DNA from: Candidatus Magasanikiibacteriota bacterium
Lineage (GTDB): Bacteria; Patescibacteriota; Patescibacteriia; Magasanikbacterales; GWA2-37-8
Direction: 5' to 3'
NCBI GenBank assembly: GCA_016189025.1
Contig: JACPGS010000027.1
Coordinates: 22,506 to 86,505 of the forward strand
Length of the DNA: 64,000 nt
This document shows, in pieces, positions 36,139-46,055 of this stretch. The number at the start of each line of letters is the position of its first letter. Position 1 is the first letter of the stretch. Below the pieces are notes generated by a model. It had not been told where the DNA came from. It did no database searches and was given only the letters and a program-made list of their open reading frames with translations. A program made the position numbers and the translations under genes.

Positions 36139-36411
36139 TTATTTCTTTCCTAGTTCCTGATATTCTTGGCCGTATTTTTTCGCTTTTTTGTAGATAATTT
36201 TGGCGGAGGTCAAAGCGGCCAGGGCAAAGGCCAAGATCGTAAACCGGGGGCTGGTCTGATATTTTTCATCCAGCCATTGCCCGACCAGAACAAAAATGAT
36301 TACGGGGATGGCTAGAGTGGCGCCGAAGTCGCCGACAATGCGCAGAGCAAATCGGTAATACTCCTTTTCGTCCTTAAGGGGAGATTTAGTCGGAGGAAGC
36401 GGAACGGGCAT
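36139..36411 (-). CDS. AtpZ/AtpI-like small membrane protein preceding the atp operon
   Basis: 90 aa with two TM helices, sitting immediately upstream of atpB. Confidence 0.45.
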   Translation of the reverse strand: MPVPLPPTKSPLKDEKEYYRFALRIVGDFGATLAIPVIIFVLVGQWLDEKYQTSPRFTILAFALAALTSAKIIYKKAKKYGQEYQELGKK

Positions 36412-36452
36412 ATTTTAATGGTTTTTGGCTTGGCGGTCAAGGGTTTTTAGCG

Positions 36453-37301
36453 TCAGTTATGCACAATTTTGGTGAAGAGGCGGTAGGCATTAGCGGTAGT
36501 GGCGGCGGCTACTTCAGTTAAAGAAATACCGCGTAGTTCAGCGATTTTTTTGGCGGTTTCTATTACCATCCAGGGTTCAGAGCGTTTACCGCGGTGGGGC
36601 AAGGGCGCCAGATAGGGACAGTCGGTTTCCAGCAAGATCCGATCTAAAGGCAGGCGGCGAACGACTTCCCAAAGGTCTTCCTGCGCCTGGGGATTCTTTT
36701 TGAGGGGCGGAAAGGTGATAACGCCGGTAAAGCCGAGGTAGAAACCCATTGTCAGATACTGTTCAGCGTTAGTCCAGTGGCTGGTGTAGCAGTGGATGAC
36801 GCCGGAGACATTTTTTTGCGAGCGCAACGCTTCAATTAATTGCTGATGCGCCTCGCGGCAATGTATCACCAGCGGCAGATTCATTTCTTGGGCTAATTTA
36901 ATATGCTGTAAAAAGACCTCCTTTTGTTTCGGCAACATTTGCTCGGGGGTTAAACCTTCAGGAATCCGATATAAATCCAATCCACACTCCCCTATTCCAA
37001 TTACCTTAGGATGCTCGGCTAGTTTTTTGTAATAGGTATAGTCAAAATTTTCTTCGCGTGACTGAAACGTTGATTCTTCTTCATCTACCCATTTAGAAAA
37101 AAGATGCTCGGGGTGGAGCCCGACGCTGGCATAGACTCCTTGATATTCTTCTGCCACCTCGATTGCCCGGCGGCTGGTATCGCTTTGGGTTCCGATCAAA
37201 TTTATTATTACGCCTTGAGCCAGACTTCGTTTGATTACTTCGTCTTGGTCAGCTTGGAAAGCGTTAAAATGGGCATGGGCATGAGTGTCAAAAATTTCCA
37301 T
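36453..37301 (-). CDS. tatD: TatD-family metal-dependent hydrolase/DNase
   Basis: N-terminal DTHAHAH motif and TIM-barrel hydrolase length. Confidence 0.8.
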   Translation of the reverse strand: MEIFDTHAHAHFNAFQADQDEVIKRSLAQGVIINLIGTQSDTSRRAIEVAEEYQGVYASVGLHPEHLFSKWVDEEESTFQSREENFDYTYYKKLAEHPKVIGIGECGLDLYRIPEGLTPEQMLPKQKEVFLQHIKLAQEMNLPLVIHCREAHQQLIEALRSQKNVSGVIHCYTSHWTNAEQYLTMGFYLGFTGVITFPPLKKNPQAQEDLWEVVRRLPLDRILLETDCPYLAPLPHRGKRSEPWMVIETAKKIAELRGISLTEVAAATTANAYRLFTKIVHN

Positions 37302-37307
37302 AGCTTA

Positions 37308-37832
37308 TTACATAATTCCCCGGATGGTGCTCTCTACCGAACGCAGCGCCTGGGGCACCAGCGGCCAAACGACAGAAGCTGTGCGGGTGATAAACGGTAT
37401 CAGGCGGGAAGACTCCACCCCGGCGCGTAGACTCGCGCCGAAAGGAAAGCGGGCATAGAACAGAAAGAAGGTGCCCAAAAAAATGACTCCTTCAAAAAAA
37501 CCAAAGAGCAGGCCCAAAATCCGGTTAAGACTATTGAGAAAAGGCAGTTTAGTTAAGGCGCGGAAAAAACGTTCTACCAAGAAAAACGCCAGGCCAATCA
37601 GGCGATTAATAATCAAAAAGGCCACCGCAAACATAATAACGCTGGCCACGTTGTCGCCCCAGCCGGTAATTTTTATCAGCCAAATAGAGAGCGGCTGGTA
37701 AAAACGGCTAGCCAGGAATATCCCTAAGATAGTACCGAGGAGCGACCCCAGGGTATGAATTAAGCCGAACCAGACGCCGAACAGAGCAAAGCCGATAATC
37801 AGGAGGCCGAGAATCAGGTCAAAGAAAGACAT
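37308..37832 (-). CDS. cvpA: CvpA-family membrane protein
   Basis: Four TM helices with CvpA-like pattern and length. Confidence 0.55.
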   Translation of the reverse strand: MSFFDLILGLLIIGFALFGVWFGLIHTLGSLLGTILGIFLASRFYQPLSIWLIKITGWGDNVASVIMFAVAFLIINRLIGLAFFLVERFFRALTKLPFLNSLNRILGLLFGFFEGVIFLGTFFLFYARFPFGASLRAGVESSRLIPFITRTASVVWPLVPQALRSVESTIRGIM

Positions 37833-37842
37833 AAGAAAAAAA

Positions 37843-39375
37843 TCAAGTTGCTAAACGCGGGAAGAGCGGCCCCGCTTTTTGAATTTTATTCCCTACCGTC
37901 AATTCCACCCATTGTTGCAGTTCCGCTAACGGTTTGGCTAGTTCAAGGGCAACGTCTAAGCCCAGCTGGGTAAAAATTTTTTCCGCGGTTTCCGGTAATA
38001 CCGGCCAGATCATTACGGCAATATGGCGTAGCGCTTCCGCCAGGTGATACAACAAGTCATTAACTTCGTTCATTTTACCGGCTTTAACCAGTGCCCAGGG
38101 CTCCGCATCGGAAATAATCTGATCGCAGAAGCTGACAAATTTCCCGGCGGCCTCCAGCGCCCGGTCAAAGCGCCAATTATTCAGGTGCTCGCTGTAGGCC
38201 GGCCAGGTTTCTTTAGTTAAAAAGTTAATCAGAGCGTGGTTAATTTCCCGGACCGGCGGAATCTGCCCGGCGCTGTATTTTTCCATCATGGTCAAGACGC
38301 GATAGGTAAGATTCCCGATGCCGTTGGCTAAATCTCCTTGATAACGCTCACGGAATTGCTGATGAGAAAAATTGCCGTCAGTATCAAAAGGAATTTCTCG
38401 CATAAAGAAATAGCGTACCGCTTCCAGTGGGTATTGTCGGGTAAGTTCACGCGGGTCAATGACGTTATTAAGCGATTTGCTCATTTTTTGACCGTTCACA
38501 TTCAGAAAACCGTGTACGGCAATTTGCCGCGGCACCTCTAGCCCGGCGGAAATCAGCATCGCTACCCATAATAAAGAGTGGAAACGGTTAATATCTTTGC
38601 CAATAACGTGCACGGCCGGCCAATAGGTATTTAATTTTGTTTGGTCAGCCGAGCCATAGCCCAGGGCGGTTAAATAATTCCCCAGCTCATTGAACCAGAC
38701 ATACATCATCTGTGCCTCATCGCCGGGTACCGGAATTCCCCAAGCCACTTTTTCTTTGCTGCGGGAAACGCTGACGTCTTCCAGGCCGGCGATTAGCATA
38801 TTTTTTACTTCCAACAAACGGTTAGGTGGCACCACAAAGTCCTTCGTTTCGGAAAATAAAAATTCCAACGGTTCCTGATATTTAGACAGGCGAAAGAAAT
38901 AATTTTCTTCCGCCAGCTGTTCCGGTTCTGTTTGGTGGATGGGGCATTTACCGCTTTCTAAATCCTTTTCTGTTTTGAATGCCTCACAACCCACGCAATA
39001 CAAACCGACATAGGATTTTTTATAAATATCCCCGCTTGCCTCAGCCGCTTGCCATAATTTTTGGACGCCACGGATGTGCCGCTCTTCGGTGGTGCGGATA
39101 AAATCGTTGTGGCTGATATTCCATTCGTCGGCCAGCTCCTGGAAAGCGGCGGATTTTTGGGCGACAAATTCGTTTACTTCTATCCCGGCTGCTTGCGCTG
39201 CCTTAAGTATTTTTTGACCATGTTCGCTGGTGCCGGTAAGAAAGTAGACGTTCTTTCCCAACAGACGCTGGAAACGAGCCATCACATCGGCATATAAAAT
39301 CTCCAAAGCAAAGCCAATATGAGGATTGGCATTAACATAGGGAATGGCGGTAGTAAGATAATAGACCTGGCGCAT
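37843..39375 (-). CDS. metG: Methionyl-tRNA synthetase
   Basis: HIGH-region N-terminus AIPYVNANPHIGFALE, KMSKS loop and zinc knuckle CxxC...CPIH. Confidence 0.9.
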   Translation of the reverse strand: MRQVYYLTTAIPYVNANPHIGFALEILYADVMARFQRLLGKNVYFLTGTSEHGQKILKAAQAAGIEVNEFVAQKSAAFQELADEWNISHNDFIRTTEERHIRGVQKLWQAAEASGDIYKKSYVGLYCVGCEAFKTEKDLESGKCPIHQTEPEQLAEENYFFRLSKYQEPLEFLFSETKDFVVPPNRLLEVKNMLIAGLEDVSVSRSKEKVAWGIPVPGDEAQMMYVWFNELGNYLTALGYGSADQTKLNTYWPAVHVIGKDINRFHSLLWVAMLISAGLEVPRQIAVHGFLNVNGQKMSKSLNNVIDPRELTRQYPLEAVRYFFMREIPFDTDGNFSHQQFRERYQGDLANGIGNLTYRVLTMMEKYSAGQIPPVREINHALINFLTKETWPAYSEHLNNWRFDRALEAAGKFVSFCDQIISDAEPWALVKAGKMNEVNDLLYHLAEALRHIAVMIWPVLPETAEKIFTQLGLDVALELAKPLAELQQWVELTVGNKIQKAGPLFPRLAT

Positions 39376-39381
39376 AACGGT

Positions 39382-40059
39382 TTAACGATTGATGACAATG
39401 ACGAATTCTCCCCGCTCATCAATTTTTTGTTGACTAATTTCAGTAATCGTCCCCCGATAAATTGTTTCAAATTTTTTGGTCAGCTCCCGGCCGATCATCA
39501 CTTTTGTGCTTGGCGAGAGTACCTGATTGAGCTCGGTTAAGCATTTTTTAATCCGGTGGCCCGATTCGTAGAATACCACGGTATAGGGACGGTTGGCAAT
39601 CTCGGCAAAGAATTTTTGCCGTTTATTTTTATGGGGCGGAAAACCTAAAAAAAGGAACTGATCGGTGGGAAAGCCGGAGATACTCAAAGCGGCAGTAACA
39701 GCGGCGGGACCGGGGATGGGTACGATGTTTAGTATTTCGTTGTTCAATTGTTTTATTGTTAATTGCTGAATAAGTGCGTTGCCGGGATCGCTGATGCCGG
39801 GAGTGCCGGCGTCGGTGACCAGCGCTAAATTTTTGTTTTCGGCCAGGAGTTTTTGAATATCTTTAATTTTTCTGGCATCGCTGTGGTGATGGTAACTGAT
39901 TAGCGGTTTGCTGATTTGGTAATGAGCCAAGAGTGGTTTGGTAACCCGCGTGTCTTCGCACAAAATAACATCAACCTGGCGCAGCGTGTCTAGGGCGCGC
40001 AAAGTGATATCCGCTAAATTGCCAATGGGGGTGGCGACCAAATAAAGAGTGCCGGGCAT
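39382..40059 (-). CDS. rsmI: 16S rRNA 2'-O-methyltransferase RsmI (tetrapyrrole-methylase fold)
   Basis: LYLVATPIGNLADITLRAL canonical N-terminus. The track's TTG start at 40119 adds 20 residues encoded by a palindromic repeat; the ATG at 40059 is preferred. Confidence 0.8.
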   Translation of the reverse strand: MPGTLYLVATPIGNLADITLRALDTLRQVDVILCEDTRVTKPLLAHYQISKPLISYHHHSDARKIKDIQKLLAENKNLALVTDAGTPGISDPGNALIQQLTIKQLNNEILNIVPIPGPAAVTAALSISGFPTDQFLFLGFPPHKNKRQKFFAEIANRPYTVVFYESGHRIKKCLTELNQVLSPSTKVMIGRELTKKFETIYRGTITEISQQKIDERGEFVIVINR

Positions 40060-40090
40060 AAAGCTATAGAAGCCATTAGTAAAAGAATAG

Positions 40091-40118
40091 GGATTCCTCG
40101 GCTTCGCTCGGAATGACA
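40091..40118. repeat. REP-like palindrome GGATTCCTCGGCTTCGCTCGGAATGACA
   Basis: Same family as the 30903, 31630 and 46447 copies. Confidence 0.55.
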
Positions 40119-40131
40119 ATTGAAAATAACC

Positions 40132-41313
40132 TCATTTAAACTTGCTCAATATCGTTTGCAAAGTATTTACCGTGTAATCAAGGTCGGATTTAGTGGTAGT
40201 GCGCCCTAACGTGAAGCGTAGGCTGCGGGCCGCGGCAGGCCGGCGGCCGATCGCTTGCAGAGTAGCCGATGGTTCGGCGCTGCTGGCAGCGCAGGCCGAA
40301 CCCGCGGAAGCGGCAATGCCCCAGCGGTCTAAATATAATAATAGCGTTTCGCCGTCAATTCCCGAAAAAGTAAGGTTCAGATTATTAGGCAGACGATTGG
40401 TGCCGATTGCCGGGCCGTTCAGCGAGTCCCGGCCAACCAGACCGCGATTGAGAAGAGTTTGATAAAAATAAGCGGTCAGCCGGTTTAATTTTTTGGTTAC
40501 GCTAGATTTTTCCCGCTCCGCCAGCGCCAGGGCTTTGGCCAGTCCGATAATGCCGGGCACATTTTCCGTGCCGCTGCGCGCCCCGCGTTCTTGGCCGCCC
40601 CCCCGCATCAGGGGTGTTAAAGTGATGCCGCGGCGGACATATAATAAGCCGCTGCCTTTGGGCCCGTAGATTTTGCTGGCGTTAATCGTCATTAAATCAA
40701 CGTGGAGTTTTTCTACCTTAAGGTCAAGGAATCCGGCCGCCTGGCAGGCGTCGGTATGGAAATAAGGGTAAGAACGGCGGTGCTGCTGGCGCCAACGCAG
40801 CAGTTGCCGCCCGATTTCGGCGATGGGCTGGACAGTGCCGATTTCATTATTGGCATAACCGATACTGATTAACACGGTATTGGCGCGGATTGCTTTAATT
40901 GCCTGGCGCGGGTCAACTAGGCCCTGGCGGTTATTTTTTAGGTAAGTAATTTTCCAGCCCTGCTTGGTTAAACTCTTTAAGGGATTAGCCACCGCCGGAT
41001 GTTCCAGGCGGGAAGTAATCAGGTGGCCGGGACGTTGACAGTTTTGGGTGATTCCGTAAATTGCCAGATTATTGGCTTCGGTGCCGCCGCTGGTAAAAAT
41101 TATGGTATCGGCCGGGGCGCCCAGAATTCGCCCAATGATGGCCCGGCTTTGTTCCAGCGCCTGTTTTGCTCTGACGCCGGCGGAGTAAAGAGCTGCCGGA
41201 TTGGCAAATTGCTTAACAAAAAAGGGCAGCATTGCCCTCCCCACTTCAGCTCGCACGGGAGTGGCGGCTGCGTGATCCAGATAAACAAAGCGGGTAGTTG
41301 GCAGCTGCTTCAC
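40132..41313 (-). CDS. Cysteine desulfurase (class V aminotransferase, IscS/NifS-like)
   Basis: PLP-fold protein with a SGHKIYGPKG-type lysine region (ASKIYGPKG) and a C-terminal cysteine loop. Confidence 0.8.
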   Translation of the reverse strand: MKQLPTTRFVYLDHAAATPVRAEVGRAMLPFFVKQFANPAALYSAGVRAKQALEQSRAIIGRILGAPADTIIFTSGGTEANNLAIYGITQNCQRPGHLITSRLEHPAVANPLKSLTKQGWKITYLKNNRQGLVDPRQAIKAIRANTVLISIGYANNEIGTVQPIAEIGRQLLRWRQQHRRSYPYFHTDACQAAGFLDLKVEKLHVDLMTINASKIYGPKGSGLLYVRRGITLTPLMRGGGQERGARSGTENVPGIIGLAKALALAEREKSSVTKKLNRLTAYFYQTLLNRGLVGRDSLNGPAIGTNRLPNNLNLTFSGIDGETLLLYLDRWGIAASAGSACAASSAEPSATLQAIGRRPAAARSLRFTLGRTTTKSDLDYTVNTLQTILSKFK

Positions 41314-41885
41314 AAAGGGAGCGTAAGATTAATGCGGGCGGCCGAGGCCGGCGTCGCCTGGAAATTGACCGGGAAAGTAAGAATTTCACCGGTCAGCGTG
41401 CGGTAACGCAGCTGGCCGTTATTCAGGCCGAATTCATAAAGTTCCTTGGTAACCCGCACGTCTTGTTCGCAATAGCGCTTTACTTCTTCGGTTTTGCCCT
41501 CTTTCCACCAGCGCATTGCTTCCAGACCGGTGGCGCTTTTTTTGATATCTTTCAGCGTCGCCTGCGCCACATCGTCAAGTTTGAGGCGAAAACCCAGCGC
41601 GGCTTTTATTTTTAACATCAAATCAAGATGCGGTAAACGGGATAAATCTCCCAGATAGTAGTTATTAAGGACCGGCAGATCAAAATGTTCGCTGTTGTAA
41701 CCGATTAGCAAATCAGCATGCTCCAAAACCGGCCACAGCCGGCCGAGCTCCGGTTCGGTAAAACTTTCGTAAGCATTAGCCTGATAGCGATAGATAGAAA
41801 CCACCGAAAGACGGAGTTTTCGCCAATCATTGGCAACGTCGGCAAAGGTATTTTGGGTTTCAATATCAAATACCACGGCGTTCAT
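41310..41885 (-). CDS. DEDD-family 3'-5' exonuclease
   Basis: VFDIETQ exo I motif, YNSEHFDLPVL exo II motif and a C-terminal Y-x3-D motif. Confidence 0.6.
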   Translation of the reverse strand: MNAVVFDIETQNTFADVANDWRKLRLSVVSIYRYQANAYESFTEPELGRLWPVLEHADLLIGYNSEHFDLPVLNNYYLGDLSRLPHLDLMLKIKAALGFRLKLDDVAQATLKDIKKSATGLEAMRWWKEGKTEEVKRYCEQDVRVTKELYEFGLNNGQLRYRTLTGEILTFPVNFQATPASAARINLTLPL

Positions 41886-41893
41886 ATCTAAAT

Positions 41894-42092
41894 ACTGTAG
41901 AAGAATAAGACTGGAGAAGAATGCCAGCTATATTGTTGTCCGCCTAGGCGCTGTCGCTCTTGCTCGGCATGCCTGGTCGGTCGCGGCAGACACTCATAGG
42001 GCGCTCCTCCCGACTCAAGTCGGGACTGCGCGCCCAAAGACACTCGTCTGCCGCGCCCTGATTCTGACTGATTTTTTAATTCTTCTCCAGTT
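41894..42092 (+). mobile_element. MITE-like family 1, copy C, with a tandemly duplicated left TIR
   Basis: ACTGTAGAAGAAT followed by AAGACTGGAGAAGAAT at the left end, ATTCTTCTCCAGTT at the right end, and a full core with apical hairpin CCCGACTCAAGTCGGG. Confidence 0.7.
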
Positions 42093-42324
42093 ACAACCCT
42101 AAAAGTTTATTAATTTTGGCCTGATCGTAGCCTACCACAATATTGCCGTCAATTTCTATTACCGGCACCCCCATTTGGCCGGATTTGGCAATCATTTCTT
42201 GGGCTTTTTGCTGGTCGGCAGCGACGTTGATATCGGTAAAAGGGATATTTTTGGCGGTGAGATATTGTTTTGTTTTATGGCACCAGGGGCAGGTGGGGGT
42301 GGAATAAACAGTAACGTTGGGCAT
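42091..42324 (-). CDS. Glutaredoxin-family small redox protein
   Basis: 77 aa with a CPWC active site and thioredoxin fold. Confidence 0.75.
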   Translation of the reverse strand: MPNVTVYSTPTCPWCHKTKQYLTAKNIPFTDINVAADQQKAQEMIAKSGQMGVPVIEIDGNIVVGYDQAKINKLLGL

Positions 42325-42341
42325 AGATAATTTTTTAAGAA

Positions 42342-43181
42342 TTAAAAAATGATAACCGGAAAAATAATTTGCTTCAGAACGGCAAGCTCTTGCTCCAGCG
42401 CTGGTTTAGCTAAAGAGCAGGCTGCTACCAGGCGCTCCCTTACCAGTTTATCAGGATTGGTAGTTAAAAACAAGGCTAAACCGCGGCGGCCAAACCAGAG
42501 ATTATAAAGCAAATAATTGCGCCAAGCCAATCGCCAATAATTTTCCGCTGGTTTTTCGGTTTTAAGAATCACTGCCTGGAGGCGCGCCTGATATTCGGGG
42601 ATTGAGTCAGCCGCTAATTCTTGGCGCCGCAATACCTGCAGCAGCCGATAGTCGCCGGCCGGGAGAGCCTGGGCAAGCAGACGCGCCTGTTCTGCTTGGG
42701 CAAACGGCGCCCGGGTGTTTAGCCTCCCCAGCACTAACAGCGCGGCGGCTAATTGATGCGCTGCCTTGCGCAGATCGCCGATTATAAGCGCCGGCGCGGA
42801 AGCAATTTTACTGTTGAGCAGATACCAAAGCGCAAATTTAAGGCTATTCCGGATAATTACGTCCGGGCGAAGAGGCGAAGTATAGCGCTCTTTGGCCAGG
42901 TCTTTCCCGTCAATAAAATACCAGCCCCGGCGAAACAGCCAGTCGGGAACCAGCATCAGAGAAAAGCGCACCCCCGGGAATTTTTGCCGAATTGACTGTA
43001 CCCGCTGTTTGATTTTTTTGGCCAGGAACAACGCGGTAACAGACGAGAGATAGTAGAAGTCTAAGTCACTCTGATCGTCGGCCTCACCGTAAAAGTAGCT
43101 GCCTCCCAGCAACAGTTTGCCGCGGGGAAAATTTCGTTGCAGCTCCTGATGCAGGGAGTTGATTAGGGCCGAAGAATACAT
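42342..43181 (-). CDS. Nucleotidyltransferase-domain protein (Pol-beta superfamily)
   Basis: GGSYFYGEADDQSDLDF matches the GS-x9-13-D-x-D nucleotidyltransferase signature. Confidence 0.45.
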   Translation of the reverse strand: MYSSALINSLHQELQRNFPRGKLLLGGSYFYGEADDQSDLDFYYLSSVTALFLAKKIKQRVQSIRQKFPGVRFSLMLVPDWLFRRGWYFIDGKDLAKERYTSPLRPDVIIRNSLKFALWYLLNSKIASAPALIIGDLRKAAHQLAAALLVLGRLNTRAPFAQAEQARLLAQALPAGDYRLLQVLRRQELAADSIPEYQARLQAVILKTEKPAENYWRLAWRNYLLYNLWFGRRGLALFLTTNPDKLVRERLVAACSLAKPALEQELAVLKQIIFPVIIF

Positions 43182-43196
43182 GTAGCTGCCGCCGGC

Positions 43197-44663
43197 CTAG
43201 TAGGCCCGAGCAAAAATTACCCGCTGCCCGGAGGGGCGCCCCGAATAAATACATTTGCCATTTTCCGGTTTGCCGTCTGCCGGAATACAGCGAATAGTCG
43301 CTTTGGTTTCCTCTTTAATTTTTAATTCAGTTTCGGTAGTGCCGTCCCAGTGCGCTAACGCAAAACCTCCCTGCTCCATTACTTCTTTAAGTTCTTCGTA
43401 AGTATCTACTATCCGGGTACGATCAGTGGTAAATTTGGTGGCCCGGGTAAATAGATTAGTTTGAATTTCCCGCAGCAGCGCTTCCACTTTATTAGCGATG
43501 TCGTTTATTGGCCAGGATTCTTTGGTTAGCGTATCCCGTCGCGCCACTTCAATAGTTCCTTGGGCCAGATCTTTCGGTCCTAGGCCCAAGCGAATCGGCA
43601 CGCCTTTTAGTTCAGATTCGGCAAATTTCCATCCCGGCCGCTTATTATCGCTATTATCATATTGCACCGAAATATTTTTAGCGGCGAGCGCCTGCTTGAT
43701 GTTTAAGGCCGTCCGGTCAAGCTCTTTTAGCTGGTCAATCGTCTGGTAAATAGGCACAATTATCGCTTGAATCGGGGCAAGTTTCGGAGGCAAAACTAGG
43801 CCGTTGTCATCGGCGTGCGCCATCACCAGGGCCCCCATCAAACGGGTGGAAACGCCCCAGGAAGTGGCCCAGACATAGTCTAATTTTCCGCTGGCATCGG
43901 TAAATTGTACGTCAAATGCCTTAGCAAAATTTTGCCCCAAAAAATGAGAGGTGCCAGCCTGGAGTGCCTTGCCGTCCTGGGTCATAGTTTCCAACGTATA
44001 GGTTTCCACCGCGCCGGCAAAACGTTCATTAGCCGTTTTGGTCCCCTTAATAACTGGCATCGCCAGCCAATTTTCTACAAAATTAACATAAACGTCCAGC
44101 ATCTGCCGCGCCTCAGCCTGTGCCTCTGCGGCGGTAGCGTGCGCCGTGTGCCCTTCTTGCCAGAGAAATTCGGCGGTTCTTAAAAATAAGCGCGGACGCA
44201 TTTCCCACCGCACGACATTTGCCCATTGGTTAATCAGCAGGGGCAGATCGCGGTATGACCCGATCCATTTTTTGTAAGCATGCCAAATGATGGTTTCCGA
44301 AGTGGGACGAATGATCAATTCTTCTTCTAATTTGGCTTCCTCGTCTACTATTAAGTTGCCGGCGCGGTCGTTCTTTAGCCGGTAATGGGTGACTACCGCG
44401 CATTCTTTAGCAAATCCTTCCACGTGTTTGGCTTCTTTATTAAAAAATGATTTAGGAATAAATAAAGGGAAATAAGCGTTTTGGTGTCCGGTATCCTTAA
44501 ACATTTTATCCAGTATTGCCTGCATTTTTTCCCAGATGGCATAACCGTATGGTTTAATAATCATACAACCGCGCACTGCCGAATGCTCGGCCAGTCCGGC
44601 GGCTTCCACTAATTGATTGTACCACTCCGAATAATTTTCCGCGCGCGTCGGCAGTTTAGCCAT
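43197..44663 (-). CDS. proS: Prolyl-tRNA synthetase (archaeal/eukaryote-like type)
   Basis: Class II motifs, no bacterial insertion domain and a C-terminal zinc-binding extension. Confidence 0.85.
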   Translation of the reverse strand: MAKLPTRAENYSEWYNQLVEAAGLAEHSAVRGCMIIKPYGYAIWEKMQAILDKMFKDTGHQNAYFPLFIPKSFFNKEAKHVEGFAKECAVVTHYRLKNDRAGNLIVDEEAKLEEELIIRPTSETIIWHAYKKWIGSYRDLPLLINQWANVVRWEMRPRLFLRTAEFLWQEGHTAHATAAEAQAEARQMLDVYVNFVENWLAMPVIKGTKTANERFAGAVETYTLETMTQDGKALQAGTSHFLGQNFAKAFDVQFTDASGKLDYVWATSWGVSTRLMGALVMAHADDNGLVLPPKLAPIQAIIVPIYQTIDQLKELDRTALNIKQALAAKNISVQYDNSDNKRPGWKFAESELKGVPIRLGLGPKDLAQGTIEVARRDTLTKESWPINDIANKVEALLREIQTNLFTRATKFTTDRTRIVDTYEELKEVMEQGGFALAHWDGTTETELKIKEETKATIRCIPADGKPENGKCIYSGRPSGQRVIFARAY

Positions 44664-44669
44664 AAGGAA

Positions 44670-45149
44670 TTAATTTCGAGGGATGGATTTTTTAATATGG
44701 AAAGAATTAAGTCTAGAATAATAGAGAATTATCATAATTAGAAAAACTAAGACAAAACTGGCGATGATATCAATTAAATGATGCACGCCTGCCAATATCC
44801 TTCCCTCGCCAATCAGCAAAGCAAGCGCCGCCAATCCCAAACCCGCTTTGCGGTTAAACCACCAAACGCTGCCGGCAAGCGCGGCAGCTAAGAGCGCGTG
44901 ATCGGAGGGGAAGCCATTATCAGCGGGGTGCGGCACCAGCGGAGTAAAATTGGCTACCACAAAGGGGCGCGGGTGGAAATAAATAGCGCCGGCAAGACGT
45001 GATAGGATAAAAGCAGTCAGGAGGATGATGCCGGTGACTTTGATTACTTCGCGCCAGCGTATGCGAGCATACCAACCCAGAGTCAAGGTAGCGCCGGCGA
45101 TGCTGACAAAGATTAAATCACGCGCCATTAACTTAATCAGCCATTCCAT
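44670..45149 (-). CDS. PAP2-family membrane phosphatase
   Basis: PSDHAL and GVHHLID PAP2 motifs. Confidence 0.65.
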   Translation of the reverse strand: MEWLIKLMARDLIFVSIAGATLTLGWYARIRWREVIKVTGIILLTAFILSRLAGAIYFHPRPFVVANFTPLVPHPADNGFPSDHALLAAALAGSVWWFNRKAGLGLAALALLIGEGRILAGVHHLIDIIASFVLVFLIMIILYYSRLNSFHIKKSIPRN

Positions 45150-45158
45150 ACCAAAAAA

Positions 45159-45710
45159 TTAGGGCTGCACATTTACGCCGGCGGCGCCGCTGCCGTCGCA
45201 GGTAATATAATTGATGCCGATAGTTTGGGAAGTAACAATGGCAAAACCGTAAGCCTTAAGCTGATAAGCCTGGCCGCCCACCTCTACCCGGTGCGCCTTA
45301 GCATCGCGGTTATCAATCATAAACGGCACGCCTTTTTTAAGGTTAATCGTGCCGGGGGTGCCGCGGCAGTTCACCAATTGAAAATAGGCGCCGCTGGTGC
45401 GGTAGGTTTTAACCGCGTCGGTGTAAGAAAGATTCCGGGTGGGAGCCGTGGCCGGTTTGGCGGCGGGCGCTGCCGCCGCTCTGGTTGCCGGGCGAGCGCT
45501 GCCGCTATCGGTGGCAGTAGCCGGGGGCGGAACGAATTCCGCCGGCGGCGGATAAGGCAAGGGAGAGGGCAGTTGCCGGGGGATTTTTCCCGTTGCCGGC
45601 TGGGCAAAATCAGAAGCATCTTTAGAAAACCCCGGTATTCCCGGGCCGGCGGATAAGCACCCGGCGCCGAACAACACTACGGCTAACAATGGCAGATAGA
45701 TCTTTCCCAT
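45159..45710 (-). CDS. Hypothetical lipoprotein with a Pro/Ala-rich linker
   Basis: Lipobox LFGAGC, a proline-rich spacer and a cysteine-containing C-terminal domain. Confidence 0.4.
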   Translation of the reverse strand: MGKIYLPLLAVVLFGAGCLSAGPGIPGFSKDASDFAQPATGKIPRQLPSPLPYPPPAEFVPPPATATDSGSARPATRAAAAPAAKPATAPTRNLSYTDAVKTYRTSGAYFQLVNCRGTPGTINLKKGVPFMIDNRDAKAHRVEVGGQAYQLKAYGFAIVTSQTIGINYITCDGSGAAGVNVQP

Positions 45711-45752
45711 ATAATAGCGCTGATTATTATTGATATATTTTAGCCCTTATTT

Positions 45753-45816
45753 CGTTATCTACCTGGTCGCTATCGCTATTGCTAAAATTAGCCTGGTTGG
45801 TTGCGGCAGACACTCT
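45753..45816 (+). mobile_element. MITE-like family 1, truncated copy D (core 5' part only)
   Basis: Matches CGTTATCTACCTGGTCGCTATCGCTATTGCTAAAATTAGCCTGGTTGGTTGCGGCAGACACTCT and then diverges. Confidence 0.5.
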
Positions 45817-45907
45817 ACGGTTTTAGTATACTCTAGCCGACCGGGTTAAGCAAGGGAAAAGAAATCAAACAAAAAACTGCCGCCCCCGGCCGGAAAATCA
45901 GGGTAAG

Positions 45908-46031
45908 TAGGACTTACGCGTTTGGCTGCAGTTCAAGGCGGCAGCGAGCACCGGAGCGAGACGTAGCCAAAGCCTACGGCGAGCGAGGAGCGTAGCGACA
46001 ACGCCGAAATGCACCAAACGCGTAAGTCCTA
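45908..46031. mobile_element. Palindromic element family 2, copy 1, with 18-bp TIRs TAGGACTTACGCGTTTGG / CCAAACGCGTAAGTCCTA
   Basis: About 90% identical to the copy at 53199-53321. Confidence 0.65.
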
Positions 46032-46055
46032 GTAAGAGCGGCAGTTGGGAACGGC

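Noticed and set aside
40060-40119. TTG-initiated 20-aa N-terminal extension of rsmI (MSFRAKPRNPYSFTNGFYSF)
   Set aside because: It is encoded entirely by the GGATTCCTCGGCTTCGCTCGGAATGACA palindrome. The canonical RsmI N-terminus LYLVATPIGN begins right after the internal ATG at 40059.
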